A stretch of 64,000 bases of DNA, taken from Takakia lepidozioides. Lineage: Eukaryota > Plantae > Bryophyta. Where the stretch lies: positions 86,118,001 through 86,182,000 of the forward strand of contig CM060731.1 in the NCBI GenBank assembly GCA_030704615.1, read 5' to 3'. The first letter of the stretch is position 1. Every line of letters begins with the position of its first letter. Shown one piece after another: positions 37,140-50,775 of the stretch. Both the position numbers and the translations under genes were made by a program. Below the pieces are notes generated by a model. The model was given only the letters and a program-made list of their open reading frames with translations, had not been told where the DNA came from and ran no database searches.

Positions 37140-37740
37140 AGAGGCATGGATAGCTGAAGGAGCAGGGATTTCGTGTGGGTCCAGATTCATCCAAGAGGGC
37201 CAGATTTCAAGCACAAAATTACCTGTGATTCTCAAAAGCTACAAGAAACTTGCATGGGTAGATGGTCAACTGGCAGCAGCGGCACAAGTGATAAAACCAG
37301 GCACTGCTAATGAAGGCATCTTCCTCAACACATTTCACCCTGTTTTTCCCTCTTATCAGAATCGGCCCTAAATTTACATGTTCAATTTTGCAAGTTAGCT
37401 GGTTGAGTGAATCTAGTTTGGAGTGACTTTGACATGATACTCCAATGTGACAACAGAAAAGTGTCAAAAAACAGGTAACAGAGATGAGGAGAAGCTGTGG
37501 AATGAATACTTATCTGAGACCAGTCACTGATGGATCAACCGGGGCAGAAAGGTGAATGCCTGCTACATTTCAGAGAGTAGCAGACGCAATTCAGCATAGG
37601 AACTAGTGTGCTACGCTGAGTTGGGTGTTTCCTAGAACAAATGTAGGCTGTCATTGTCAGCTGCTAGCAGCAAGGCAAGGATGAATGCTTGATTTGTGCA
37701 GAGGCATGGATAGCTGAAGGAGTAGAGATAGAGTGTGGGT
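37140..37740 (+). pseudogene. Displaced fragment of the PDF-motif exons/introns of the PPR genes
   Basis: Collinear with 4290-4890 (IHPRGPDFKHKIT..., EKLWNEY...). Confidence 0.8.
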
Positions 37741-39369
37741 GACGTAGTGTGCTGGGCAATGGGCAAGACGTCTTTGTATAAACATGAGTGACCTTCCTAT
37801 CCTCCCGGCTCTCATTTTAAGTGCATGTTTCTTTGTGAAGTATCTGACGACTTCGCCAACACACACCACCTTTTTGCTTTGGTTTGTTTACGAGTCCATG
37901 GGATAGAAGTTACCATAAACAACACTGGCATTGGTTTTTCATATATGGTATTAGATAATTCTCTTAATTGTTTCCGCCTTGGCAGGTTGCTCAGTGACCT
38001 TCCCTGGACGCTTTGGAGTATAGCGAATGAGTGTCTCACAATGCAATGTTGGTTGATGCATCTTATGCAAGAACTTGGAAAACAAACAGATGTCCTTGCT
38101 GTAGTAATTCTTAAAGCCATGCAAACCTTAGTTTTTGATGGGTTGCAGATTGATGGAATACATGAGTAGTTAGAAGATTCTAGGTGAACACTTTTCAAAG
38201 TGTTATAGTTAGACAATATAATTCACATGAGAACATGTGACTATTTTATGTATTTTTAGATCGCGACAAAAATGATAATGATAAATAGATTGGTAAATAG
38301 AGATGGTGTACAATCTCTTGGTTTTGCTCAGCTTGTTGCAGTTATGTCTTGCTGCCTTGTTCTCTTTGTATTATATATTATATTTCATTGTTGTAATAGA
38401 CATGTACACGACTGCTATCATAGTTATAATAATGACTACATCTATTTTCACTCTTCAATAGTACTACACCACGTGGCAAAAATACAAATATGTAAAAAAA
38501 TAGCAATACACCCAAAAAAAACACCCATCATGACACATGTCAATCTGCTGAGGGACCACGTGTAAAAATTGCAACGCACCACGTGTTGCAACCGGATTAG
38601 CATGCCCGTAGTCATAGTTCGCAGTCATGGAGAGCGAACATTCTGCCACGTGTCATTTCCTGTATTGAGCACGTGCCACTCTTGCACAACCGCTGACATG
38701 GACTACACTGTCCGTTCAGTCATTCAATAAAGCCACAGCTAATCAGGCGCCACGTCACAGCTAGCCTGGAGAGTCATATCTGCCATGTCACAACTGACTA
38801 GGCTTTTACGTCTTCAGAGTCAGGAAGTCGTAAATGGCTTCCATAACTGCATTTGCAGTCATAACACAGAGACGTAAAAGTCGCAATCTGTTGTAGTGTT
38901 TGGAACAAAGGTAAGTTTCAGTCACTCTGCAAAGTCCCCCCTCGTTTGGGATCTAGGCTCTCCCAAGTTGCGGAGGACAGCAAACTATAGTGTAGGAATT
39001 CGGAGCCATTGAACACCGCACGAAGTTGACAAGTGCGATGTTCACTATAGCGACAAACCAAGGCTCACAGGCACCATGTAAGTGGATCTGCGGAGTCCAT
39101 CGACGATAACATTGAAGTGGAAAGTATGGTTTCAAGCGGTGGGAGGTGTAATTCCATATCCACTAAGTATGATAATGATGGCCGATTCGGCGACGAAATA
39201 ACATCTCCTGACAGTTTCTCCTGAGGGTGGATCAACCAGTATTCGCGGTGCAGACATGAACGTTCGCACTGACAAGTGCCAGGACTGTTAGTTAAAAACG
39301 GTTAGATTAGCTGCAGCACGCACACCCAGCCGATCCACGAGTACGGGTCTCCCTGCCGGGCCTAGCCCT

Positions 39370-42300
39370 GTGCGTTTCAAGGACGCGGTTTGGAAAGACA
39401 AGGCTTTGCAGTTCCAAGCCCCAGAGAAACAGTCGCGTTTGAAGGTCATGGAGAATCGCCAGCAGGAGTCGGGCCCTTCTCCAGCAAAGACGAAGAAGAA
39501 GCAGCCCGTCCTTGAACTGGTTTCTGAACCGGACCAGGCCGTTTCCTCCCCCCCCAAGAGAATGAAGCAGAAGGGTGCAGTGCAGATTCAAATGCAGCAA
39601 ACGCCTTCACCTGTAAGAATGAAGAAGCAGAAGGCAAACAGGGGGAGGTTGGAGCAGTCTCCCGCAAAACCGATTTCACGAGCTGAAGCCCAGATCCTGC
39701 TTGATTTCCAGCCAGGTGATGTTGGGGGCTTCTCTGCTGCAGCGAAGACAACGGGATTGACCAATTTTGTGGATCTGTCAGCGGAGGAGGGTGCTGCTGC
39801 TCAACGTTCGCAGCAGCACTTCACCACCTTTCATGAAGACCTTCAGAATGCTGCAGGCCCGGAGGAGGCCTCTGCTATTCGAGAATTGTCCGCAAAGACT
39901 CCCCAGACTTCAGCCGTTGTTGGGGATGCTCCAGCTGCTCAGCCCCTACCGCCACTTGCAGAAATGTCTCCGGAGGAATTCCAAAGTGCAGTGGATACAA
40001 TGTTGGAGGAGACACACAGTAGCATTGGCAGAGTTCTGGGCAGAAGGGTATTCCAGCGGACTCTTCAAATTCCACTCTGTCGCATGGTCTCCTTTCCCAT
40101 CGTCAGGCAGGCTCTTCTAGGAGATGTGGATAAGTTCATTTTGAGAAGGGTACTGCATAGGTTCGCCAGCCTTCTACGTTTCCATTGAGAATGAGGACGG
40201 CGAAACTCGTGGACCCACTGCGGATGAATTGTCAGCATGGGATACCCACTGGCACACTCGCAACGATGAATTCGAGACAATGCTGAAGGGTGATCCAGAC
40301 TTCGGCCATGTGTCGGGCAAAATGTTTTTTGTGTGGGACGGGAATCACCGACTTCTTGCCTGGTGGGAGTACATCAAGCAGAACCATTCCAAGCATATTG
40401 GTTGGCATTACATGGTGGAATGTGTCATCCTCAAGGTGAAGGCGGCAGACTCCTCCCTGCTCAAGAATGCCATGGCGGACCTCAACTCGTAAGATTCTCA
40501 TACCCTCCCAAGCACATCCGAAATGTGGCACTTTCCAATCAGTTTTGTTTCCGTGCTTCATTGGACTGAACTGGAGAGCGTGCCTTGCAGGGTCACTGAA
40601 AATGCTTACGTGCATACCCACATGGCACATATGTTGTACAGGGTGAGGAAAACTGGTCTCACTGACCCGCACATGTTCGCCGAAATGCTGGAGCCCGAGC
40701 TCATTCAAAAAGCCCTGGCAAAAACAGACCGGACATGGTATCGCCTCACTATGGATGAAATGGTGGAGGTGATGTACGAGGTAAGTCATCTTCCCATTTT
40801 CCTCTACTCATCCTTCCCCAATTTCTAGTCATCTTTCCACATGGATCCTATGTAATGCTTCTGCATGTTTTTCTTGGCAGTCAAACATCAAGCTGGATTT
40901 GGCCCATGCCAAACGCTTCTTCATGGAAAGTGAGGGGCAGACAAAAACATTGCAGTCATTGACGGAGCACTTGAAGGAAGCCGGGGTGAAGTCCAGAACC
41001 AAATACAAGTCAAAGCTTGTGAAGCTGGTGGCCATTTCAGATCTGACACTTGGAAAGGACTTTTTCATGGCTTGGACCGTGCCGGGACCAAGCTGTGTCT
41101 ACCTACCAGAGATGCAGAAACAATGGCATGCCGCGCATCTCGTTGGATGCCCGTGGTACCTGGACATGTCTGGCGGACTTGTTGACGAATCAGAGAAAGA
41201 TCTGCACGCGAAAGCGGAGGAGAAGAGAAAGGAAAGACGTGTCCCTGTTGGGCCTGAGTCGGCAAAGGACGCTGCTGCTCTCGAACAATCCAGAAAGGCA
41301 GCTGAGATGGCACAGAAGACGGTGGATGCAGTTGTGTAGGCTCAATAGAAGGGGTCAAAGAAGAGGATTCGCCAGCAAGGAGCAGCAGTTGTGACACCAA
41401 AGAAGACGAAGAAGCAGAAACAGAAAGAGCAGGAAGAGGGTGACGAAGAGGACGACGATGGAGACTTTGCAACCAGCCCACCCCCCAAAACGCAGCCGAA
41501 ATCCCCTGTGCCCACCGTTGTCACGAGAGCGACGAGAACAGGCTCAGCCAAGAAGGCACTCTTCAAACCCCCGGGGGGGCACCCTTTCGAGCCGGTGGAA
41601 ATGAAGAGGCCGAAAGTGGAGCCAGAAACAGTAGTTCAGTGTGTCAATGAGAGTTTCTTGGCGGCTCTGGACGGACGGGCAGCCAAGTTGGCATACATCA
41701 AGACCATGGAGGGTCTGAAGGGCAGAGAGATGAATGATCTCAGGCTGCAGGTGCAAAACATTGCCACAACCTCTATAGACAATGTTTATAGTAGAATAGC
41801 TGAGTTGCAGGATGATGTGGAAGGGCTGCAGACTCAAGTGGATGACTTGAGCTCCAACATTGACAAAAGAGCCTTTGTTCCTGAGGAATAGCTGGTGGCT
41901 GCTTATTTGCATGCGCGGACTCTGATTTTCCAATCTTCATCACAGGAGGTGCAGGACTTGCCAACAATAGGAGAACAGTGGCGCCCATATCACAACAACC
42001 ACAACAGGTCGACACTGTTGATACCATGGCCCTGCAGCAATCTGAGGTTTGGGGGGATGCTTATTTTAACCCACCTAGGACTCCTACTGCACTTGAGTAC
42101 AATTGGGCTATGATTATGCCCTTCAACCAAATTCCCATTGTGATGGATTTGGCTTGGAAGGAATTCAGTCCTCCAGAGTCTTTGGCACACTATTACCAGA
42201 TCATCGGTGGCAACTCGGACTAAGGTTCTTCCGAATAACCGACCCATTGAGGATCACCATTTTGCGAGGTACTGGTCTGAGGCACTATGCTGAAGGAATT

Positions 42301-43087
42301 AATTGCCTTCCATATTGTTCATGGGCACATCTACACCAAGACCAAGGAGGTACCTAATTTGATCATGGGCTGTGGATTATACTATGTTGCTTGTTTCATT
42401 GCACGCTATCACATTGAGCAGCAGAAGATGCAGTCGGGATTTCAGAGTTATTCCACTGGGGATCATTGGGTCTTACCTTCAGTTCCACCCCATACGTATC
42501 TGTACGATGTGAAGGTCATGTTGCAGAAGGATCCCCAACTTCGTTCATGGTTCAATTTTGCTTTGGACAATTTGGCCAAAGAAAAATTTGGCCTTGACGA
42601 TCTTTTTTATAAGGGACATGAAGCCAGGAAATACTTACACTGTTCCAAGGTCATTGGCACACCTCTCACCTATACGGACAAGGAACTCCAGGAGTACACT
42701 AATTTTGCTCGCAAGAGATTGATGCAGGTTTTAAAGTTTAAGCTTCCAGACATGGTGGGCCAACACTGTGTGCCACGCAGGATTCCCAAGAAGGCCAGAG
42801 CCCCGAAAACCCACAGGGGGGAAGATGATTCTGATACAACTGGTTCTATGGGGGAACCTTTTGACATGGCTGAGGACTACGCACTACAAATGGCAGAGAA
42901 GAAACGACGGGGATCTCTTATGCCTGAGAAGTTACCTTCTTATCAACCAAAGGAAGGACAAATATTTCCATTTGGTGACCAGTCACCTCCAGCCAGTGAC
43001 AGGGCTCGGGCTCGCACACAGAGCCCTCCAAGGGACTCTCACCGACAGAAGGGTGCTCGCTCACAAAGGTTTGCTGATCCTAAATAG
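39370..43087 (+). pseudogene. Multi-exon ParB-like paralogue without MTase domain; coiled-coil and unknown C-terminal domain; abuts PPT/LTR
   Basis: LQIPLCRMV...VRQ, FFVWDGNHRLLAWW, WYRLT, CPWYLD align to the minus-strand gene. Introns 40489-40590 (phase 2) and 40781-40880 (phase 0). Frameshifts and stops. Confidence 0.72.
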
Positions 43088-43128
43088 TAAACCGTGAGGA
43101 CACTGTTTTTTGAGAGGGGGAGGGGTAA

Positions 43129-43823
43129 TGTTAGAGGGCTTTCTGGGACTTTGACAGTTTTATGGGTTCTTTGGGGTACCCTTAATTTTTGCGCAAACTT
43201 ACGAATGGTAGACTTAGACCAACACAGGTCTTAGGGGTGGTAGACAGGCTTACACAGTCAGTCATAGTCTGACACAGTTAGCCACAGCCCGACACAGCTT
43301 TACACAGCCCGACACAGCCAGTCACAGCCGACACAGTTGGGCACAGCCCGTCACAGCATTCGCAGAGAACGGTTACCATGGCAGGGAACGACTATGTGGG
43401 AACGACATCGGCAGAGGGAACGTGTATTCTCTCTGGATGACAGTTAGTTAGTTAGGCAGTTAGAACAGCTTGCAGGTAGAAAAGGCAGAGTAGCAATGGG
43501 GAGAGGACACTTCTTGCATCACGACTTGGCCATCGGGGAGAGAGGACGATCTGGAGCTGAGGAATGGAGAGCGCAGTGGAGGAGGAGACACGATCTGATG
43601 ATGCTTGATTCATGCAAGCTGTAGAGTTATATTGTAGAGCAGACTAGGGACACCATGGCTTCAGCCTGATACTTGATAGATCTTAATCTGATACATATTC
43701 CATACTCACACTGTGTAGAGAGACCTGAGTGAAGCTGTGGAATGAATGGATGAGTGATTGGAACCTGTAGATTGTTGAAGCAATCAGATACTTAAATATA
43801 AACGGTAAGGTAATTTGCTGACA
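43129..43823 (+). mobile_element. 3' LTR of gypsy family A (~695 bp)
   Basis: PPT at 43112-43125, TGTTAG start, CTGACA end at 43823 where unrelated coding sequence begins; ACACAG tandem tract at 43250-43360. Confidence 0.72.
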
Positions 43824-44655
43824 TGAAGGCAAGAAGGAACACGAACAGGAAGCACTCCCATGATACACTAGTTGTAGGTCATGAAGCTGAGGTGCCTCAA
43901 TCTCGCCTGCTTCCACTTTCTCTGCAAAGGAGGGCGGAGAAACAAGACGGATTGGACTAGCACAACCCATCATCCATTCATTGTCTCCAGCCAGGCTCCA
44001 GCGGGTACTTTCAAGTACGCACATTGCAAAGAACCACCGACATACATGTCCATATGCAGAGCCAAGCAATATTATGTCATCCATTTGCTCCCGGACTTGA
44101 CTAGAGCTTGCATACACGTTGGGGTCCATTGCCACCCCTTGGCGAGAGGCAACATGCGGGAGGCTGTGCAGGAAGCACACGACATCATAAAAGAGGAGGT
44201 GAAATTGAACCCCGGAGCCAGACCAAAGCAGATTCAGCTCAAGGCAGCCCACAAGATTGCTCTTGGCAAAATTATATCTGAAGATGGAAAGGACCGAGTG
44301 CCCTTGAACGAAGAGGAGATGCTTGACCTTTTGGAGTCCGTCTCGCACGTTTGTAGTCCGAATGTGCATAATCACATCGTATCTTGCAAGCAGGAGTTCG
44401 GCCAGGGGTCGGACATGTACTCAATCCTGGAGGTGAAACGAAGGATTGGATATGACTACATCCAAGGTAGCAGGTTTCCAGGGCAAGGCAGCGAATCCGA
44501 TCGTTGTTACATTTTTAAAATGTCAACGTGTGGGCTTGGGAGTGGAGTCGACTTGGTCACTCGAACGACAACTGGAAACTTGTCGAATGCTTGGGTGATG
44601 TTTGACCACATCAAGCGAATTACAAACCATCAGTGGGTGACCATGGGTGTGCATG
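43824..44655 (+). pseudogene. Mutator-like transposase N-terminal fragment, cut by LTRs on both sides
   Basis: Cys/His-rich region (RCLNLAC, HCKEPPT..C, CIHVGVHCHP) then FKMS...GSGVDLV...AWVMFDHIKR..WVTMGVHV, resembling the start of a MULE-type DDE core. Confidence 0.5.
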
Positions 44656-45374
44656 TGTCGCGCACCTCACTTCGGTAAGCTCCCCTTCACATCATAGTTA
44701 CTCGCTTTGATGCGCGCGCCTAACTCCCAAACTGGCCGCCGGGCCAACTCGGAGCTTCGGCTGCTCATCGGGACATAATGGTCCCCCTTTGCTCCTCCAC
44801 AAGACCCTCGCTCACTTTGGGCCTAGTGGAAATTCCCTTTGGTTGTTGGCAGTCCGGAACAACTCCCCACACCTTGGTCGCTATCGGCTCACACGCTTAC
44901 TCACTAGTTTTTGGTCACCAACGAGCTTGCACCGTTCTCGAGGTTACTACTCCCTATATATACTGTGACTGTCCGCGGGGGTTTCACAACAACACCGTCC
45001 TTTTATGGCGAACCACCACGAAGACCTTTGACTCCCGGTGATGAGTCGCGGTGAGTCTTGGCCCACCTACCACGGCCCCAATGGACCGTGATGAGTCCCA
45101 AGACTCCCCACGACCCCACCACAAGGTCTCCGCCCCATGGTGAGTCCTATGCCACCCCCACTAAGACCCACTAAGCTACCACCACCCCTCGTGGAACCAC
45201 CCCCACCGCAACCCGGTGTGCGGGGCTCCACCTAGTGAGCGCCTCCGCCTCCTTGAGTGCCTTGGGCTCTCCAGGGTGCTTCAGCCCCCGTACCTATTGT
45301 TGCCACTGCCCCTACCACAGGGGCAGCCCCTCTTGTGTCCCGACCCCCTGCCCTCAAGGCAAAGGGCCGCGACA
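44656..45374 (-). mobile_element. 3' LTR of family B (719 bp)
   Basis: Reverse complement of 27998-28706; preceded on the minus strand by GAGGACATCGAC...GGTAGGGGTGTG (PPT region). Confidence 0.9.
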
Positions 45375-46607
45375 CACACCCCTACCAACAAGGAGTCGAT
45401 GTCCTCATCGACTTGTCCATTTTATAGAAACTAATATCCAAGTTGTGGCGTCCCACATCAAGGAGTCTGTTTCCGTACCATGGCGTCCCATGGCAAAGAA
45501 CCAAACCCCCACTTGACTCTACTCTCCATTAGCTAGTTCGGCTGACTTCATCCAAGTCCCGGCCAAGGGTGGAGCCTCCCCAGCTCCACTCAGTGCACTC
45601 TTCTTGGCCCACTTCAAGGCCAAGGAACGATCCTCCTCGAGGATCGAATCGCCTTACTGCAACAACATTGCTTGCGACCGCTCATGATGCCGCTTTTTGG
45701 CATCACCTTGAGTAAGGGTTCACCTTGAACCTTTTTTGACTAGGAAGATAATCTTGAACCAACCGTGCGCTCCAATCACTACAATTGGGTCCGCCTTGGA
45801 ATGCTGGCCTGAGGTACGGGAACACGCCGAAGCCGCACTACGACTTTGTCCCGAGGTTACACGATTATAGTACGTGAACGGAAGCACGTAGCTTCCGCGT
45901 TAGCCCGCACTACAAGACAACCCCCTCGGTAGCGCAATTATAGTATGCGCACGCGCCAGGTGCGCACTAGCACGTGAACTCCCAAAGAAGGCGCAAGTTT
46001 CCTTGCCCCTTGGATGGGAGCCACCTGATTTCGGCATTGCGCAAACACACGATTAATCCAATTTACCTCTCCCACTTTTATAAGCTAGCATGCATTCTAC
46101 ACACTAGCCAACCATACCATGCATCACCATAAACAAAATAGGAAGCACAACATTTGGAAACCATTTCATTTATAAACAAAATTGTGCAACACAAGTTTTT
46201 GCAATCGGATTCCTGAGTTAGCTAAGCCGGACTAAGCTTGTTTGTGAGTTTTAGACGTAGGCTTTCGAGTGGATGGTGTTTTCTAACCCGCCAGTTTCCA
46301 ACATGAACATCAGCATTCACTTTCTACGAATGAAATGACATCCAGGGCTTGTAGTGAATGATTTTTTGTTGAAACTTGGATTTTCAAGGCCTCTGTCCCC
46401 TTTTATTTTGATGTCTAGAAAACCAGCAACAAAATTCTCCTCACTCAACGAGGCATTATTTCTTCCATTTAAGATATTTGCTTAGAAGAACTATCACCTT
46501 GTGCCACTCATATTTCAGGCAAATCTTTTGGGAATGTTGCCTGTTTCACCAGTAATCCCCACAAGAACAAAGCCCCTCTTGAAAGTGGTGAAAGCGGTTG
46601 GAATCCA

Positions 46608-47875
46608 CCCGGTAAGGCGCCTTGGCAGGCGGCTCCGATCCCGGTATCACCTCTATCTTGTGATCAACTCCTCTTCGCGGTGGCAAGCCGCTTGGTAAAT
46701 CCTCCGGCATCACATCCTGGTATTTCTCCAGGATCCCCTTATCCAATCTGGGCTAGGCTCCCTATCGACTTCTCCTTCCACTTGTCTTACGTAAAGCAAA
46801 AACTGGGGCTCGTGTGCTGCCCACTCCTTTGCTGTCAGCAGGTTTATTCGTCCTCCCACTCGGTTGGGCGTTTCCGACACCCGTAAAACTTCGCCACCAT
46901 TCCCACACGGTAGCGTGACTATTCTCTTGCGGCCATCTATGACCGCTCCGGATTTGCTCAAAAAGGTCATCCCCAAGATATCCACTCCATCAATCTCGCA
47001 AATGGTGAAGTTCTCATGTCCCTCCCAACTCCCGAGCTGAAGAGGGACATCGAACGCCAACCTCGTCGCCAGTTGTGGTTCTTCTTTGGCAGAACGCACT
47101 TCAATAGAGGCCCCCACATCACTTGTCGGGAGCCCCAGCTTCCGTGCCGTTGCCGGTGTCGTGAAGGAGTGCGACGCTCATGTGTCCACCAACAACGACA
47201 CGTTAGTTCCGGAAATTATCCCACTCACGAACATTAACTGACTCCCTTTACGCAAGGGGCCAGTCTCCTGATACAACTCACAAGAGTAGTTGTCTACCTT
47301 GCAAGTCTTGGCGACTACCGCCTCCACCAAGCGGCTGATGGAATCTTTGGACAACTCTGTGGTTGCCCGAGTCATGTTCAATTGTCGGGGTTTCACGCAT
47401 TTCTTGGCCATGTGCCCGGGCTCCCCGCAATTAAAGCACACTCCATCGAAGATTGCCTTCTGTCCGCCATAAGCCGCCGCACCTGATTTTCCTTTCGGAG
47501 CACCGAGTGCCGCTTTGACGTGTGAAGGCCCTCCCTTCGATTTCCATGTGCCATTGTCGCCGCGTGGCCTATCCCACTTTTTTTCCGGTCGGAAGGAGTT
47601 ACCCTCCCACCGGGCCTTCTTGTGGTTCAGCTCCGTACCGCCTTGTCTTTCACCCCTAGGGAGATCCGAGAAACATTCAGCCCTTTCAATTGCCTCGTTC
47701 AAAGTCTTAGGTGGCTTCTCCTCCAACTTCCGCCTAGCCCATGGGACCAGTCCCGCCACAAAGTTGAAGACCATTTCTAGTTCTTCCATATCCGCGACTT
47801 CGAGCAACAGCACATTGAAAGCCTGAACATATCCCCGAATGTCATCCGTTTGCTTCAAATTCCTCATCTTGTCCC
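46608..47875 (-). pseudogene. Family B gag C-terminus/protease/RT start
   Basis: Highly similar to 29335-30615 (MRNLKQTDDIRGYV..., [24 protein letters not shown]...APYR). Confidence 0.92.
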
Positions 47876-48154
47876 TTCTCTCGCAATGCTGTCGCCCATT
47901 TCAGTGGATTCTTCGACCTCAAAGTTGTTCGTACCAACAATTCCTCCCTGTCCGGCCCAAAGCCCCATTGTTTCCCGCTCAGGAACTTATAGTACCTGGC
48001 TTGCAATTCCGGAGGGACAGATCCTAGACTTAGACGTAGAATATTTTGCGCAGCAATTAGAGAAAGTTTTTTTCAATTACCCAGAAGTACAGTTCAAGTA
48101 ACAACATCTGAAGAAGAAACGGAGGAGACTTCGGTTAATCAACCTATAGATCAC

Positions 48155-50775
48155 TTGAATATAGATTTGAATGGACAAGACTCTGAAGGTTCTGAATCTT
48201 CAGTATCCTCTCCACCCTTAAGCCCAGCTAGACCCAGTAGTCCAGCATCTAACCCACCGTTGAGCCCAAGAGGTCCAATGGCGCAGCCACAACCACCACA
48301 GGCACCGCCGGCACCAGCGCCTCCACCAACACCGCTTGCTCCGGATATCCTAATCGCGGTGCCAGCAGGGTTAGCTCCATTGCCACTACCAGGTCACTTG
48401 CCTTGGTTTTCTGGTGAACCACATGAAAACCCTGAATATCATGTCAAAAAATTTATCCAAAGCTGTTACTCCAATCAGGCTTTGGATAATGCTTATTGGT
48501 TGATCTGGTTCCCTACGACTTTAAGGGGTAGAGCGTTGATTTGGTATTGGCAGCAAAATGGGGGGTCATTTCAACAATGGGCTCAATTTTGGGATGCCTT
48601 TCTAAATCATTTCAGAGCAGTACATCAGTTTACGAGTGTTCTTATGGCCCTTGCCAGGATCAGATAGGGACCAAATGAGGAAGTTGCTGATTTTGAGACG
48701 CGTTTCAAAGAGCTAATGCGATTGCATAATCCTCTAACACCCTTGGATGATGGGGTTCTGAAAGATTGCTTTCTGAGTGGGTTGCGAGAGGATATTCACT
48801 TGTTTGTGTTGCAACAGAGACCTGCTACATTAGCAGATGCGATCAACTCAGGGAAAGAACATGACAACATGCATCGTCAGGTACAATGTGCGAAGACACC
48901 AGAGATGGCGCTTCCTTCATACATTGCGATTAACCCAACGCTTGCAGTTTCGGAGGCACCTCCCCCGCCCTATTACAGACCGACAATGATTGGAGGGATG
49001 GTTCCTGCTGCCACGATGACATCTGCGATGCCTTTGGTGGCTACCGCCACCCCCTCAAACCCAGCAAGGCACTTTCAGTCAGTTCCTGCTGAATCATATA
49101 CGGGATCCACTAGCAATGATCGGATGGGACATTTTGAGGAACAACTAACATCTATGTTGAGAGCCGTTGAGTCCATGGGGGATAGAGTTAGTGCCATTGG
49201 TCAGCAGGTTTCCAATTATGTCCATCACAGGGATACTCAAGTTCCATTAGCTGAGACGGGTCCTAATGTGTCCAAGTTATGGTGTTATAATTGTCGAGGG
49301 TCAGGTCATGATCCCCAACATTGTCCCAACCCGATCCAGGAAAGGGGACCTCCTCCATCCCAGAATCCTCCACCAGGACAGGGGTATAGGCCATGAAACC
49401 ATTATCCGCCGTGTGGAAAGTGTGGTCGGTCTAGTCATAGAACAGAAGATAGTTGGAACGATGTCACATGTCTTCATTGTGGTTTTGTAGGTCATCCTTT
49501 GGAGCGCCGTCGAACGAGAAATATTGAGAGGCCAAAACCTACAACCCAATGGCAAGTTGATCAGAATCTACGAGGTCAAAGAGCGCCATTTCCTGATCAA
49601 TATAATTAGGTGCCTCCGACAAATTTACCACCCCAACACGGGATGTACTTTGCTCCGCAAATATTACAAAAAGATCTAGATTCCAATCCCCCAAAGCAAT
49701 CTCAATTCAGTCATCAGCCTATGTCATTTACAAATCCTGTGATGCAGGAAACGCAAAGCCAACTTCCATGGCGACGATCTCAGGATGAGAGGAATCAAGG
49801 GTCCAATCAAGCATCGACATCCACACAACCTCTTCCACAGACAGGGACTTCCTTTGGTCCAGTCACGCAGAAGTTACCATCGCAACCTAATGTGAATTGG
49901 ATACACGCCGAACTGTCAAACATGCCAAAAGAGGAGGAACATGCGGAGAATACATGTGTGGTGATGACTTGCCAACAACGAGAGATGTTGGTACGAGCGC
50001 CAGAAGAGGTAATTCCAGAGGTTACCCTTACTTCATCTTCGGACAAAGAACCAATGGATTTTCAAGCTATGAAGGATGATGTGAGAAAAATTGCTACTAC
50101 TCTTCACAATGAGAATGAAGCCAGTATCAAGAAGGGAAAATCTGTGGTATTTGAAGGGAGTGACTCTCCGGGTAAGGTGTCCACTCCGTTGCCGTCACTA
50201 GTGATGTGACCGAAAGTGTCAGCAGTCAAAATAGCTAACACTATAGCGAAACGTCCTCAAATTCTGGAAAGGAAGTCTACCACCATGAGATTTACCGATG
50301 AGCTTGAGCCCTATAGCTTGATGCATGACCTGCGCAAGTGCAGGCCAACATTTCAGTAGCTCAGCTTGTTGCTCTTGCCCCTATAGTCAGACAAGCCCTG
50401 AAGGCTTCATTGGTCAGGAAAAGACGAGAGAATTTCCTAGTATCGCATCATGTCAATGCAAGAATAGACCCTGGACCAATAGAGATTGAAGTGGAGATTG
50501 TAGACTGTTTTATTCAACATTGCTTGGTAGATGGTGGAAGCTTGGTGAACATCATGCCCCTCTCCACAATGGAGAAACTAGGCTTACACATGACTGGTAA
50601 ATCCCCATTGATTATCCGATTGGCAGATCAGCAAAGAATCAGGCCAGTGGGTCAAATTTCCAATCTTCAGATGCAATCCGGGGGTTCTGCATACACAATG
50701 GACTTCCAAGTCATTGAATTTCCGTCAGATGGATACTCGTATGCATTATTGTTGGGCAGACCATGGTTGGTTCAC
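48155..50775 (+). pseudogene. Non-chromovirus gypsy gag + protease remnant
   Basis: LPWFSGE...FPTTLRGRALIWY, FLSGLR, CYNCRGSGHDPQHC, CLVDGGSLVNIMP, LLLGRPWL; stops. Confidence 0.85.

Noticed and set aside
32489-43087. Bacterial or phage contamination as the source of ParB/MTase
   Set aside because: Spliceosomal introns are conserved between paralogues, and the genes are interleaved with plant LTR and PPR sequence.
27998-45374. One complete retrotransposon bounded by the two family B LTRs
   Set aside because: The LTRs are inverted relative to each other, there is no TSD, and each has its own gag/pol piece.
45420-45530. Chromodomain remnant (VKW...PWDA) before the family B PPT
   Set aside because: Too degenerate to call without an HMM.
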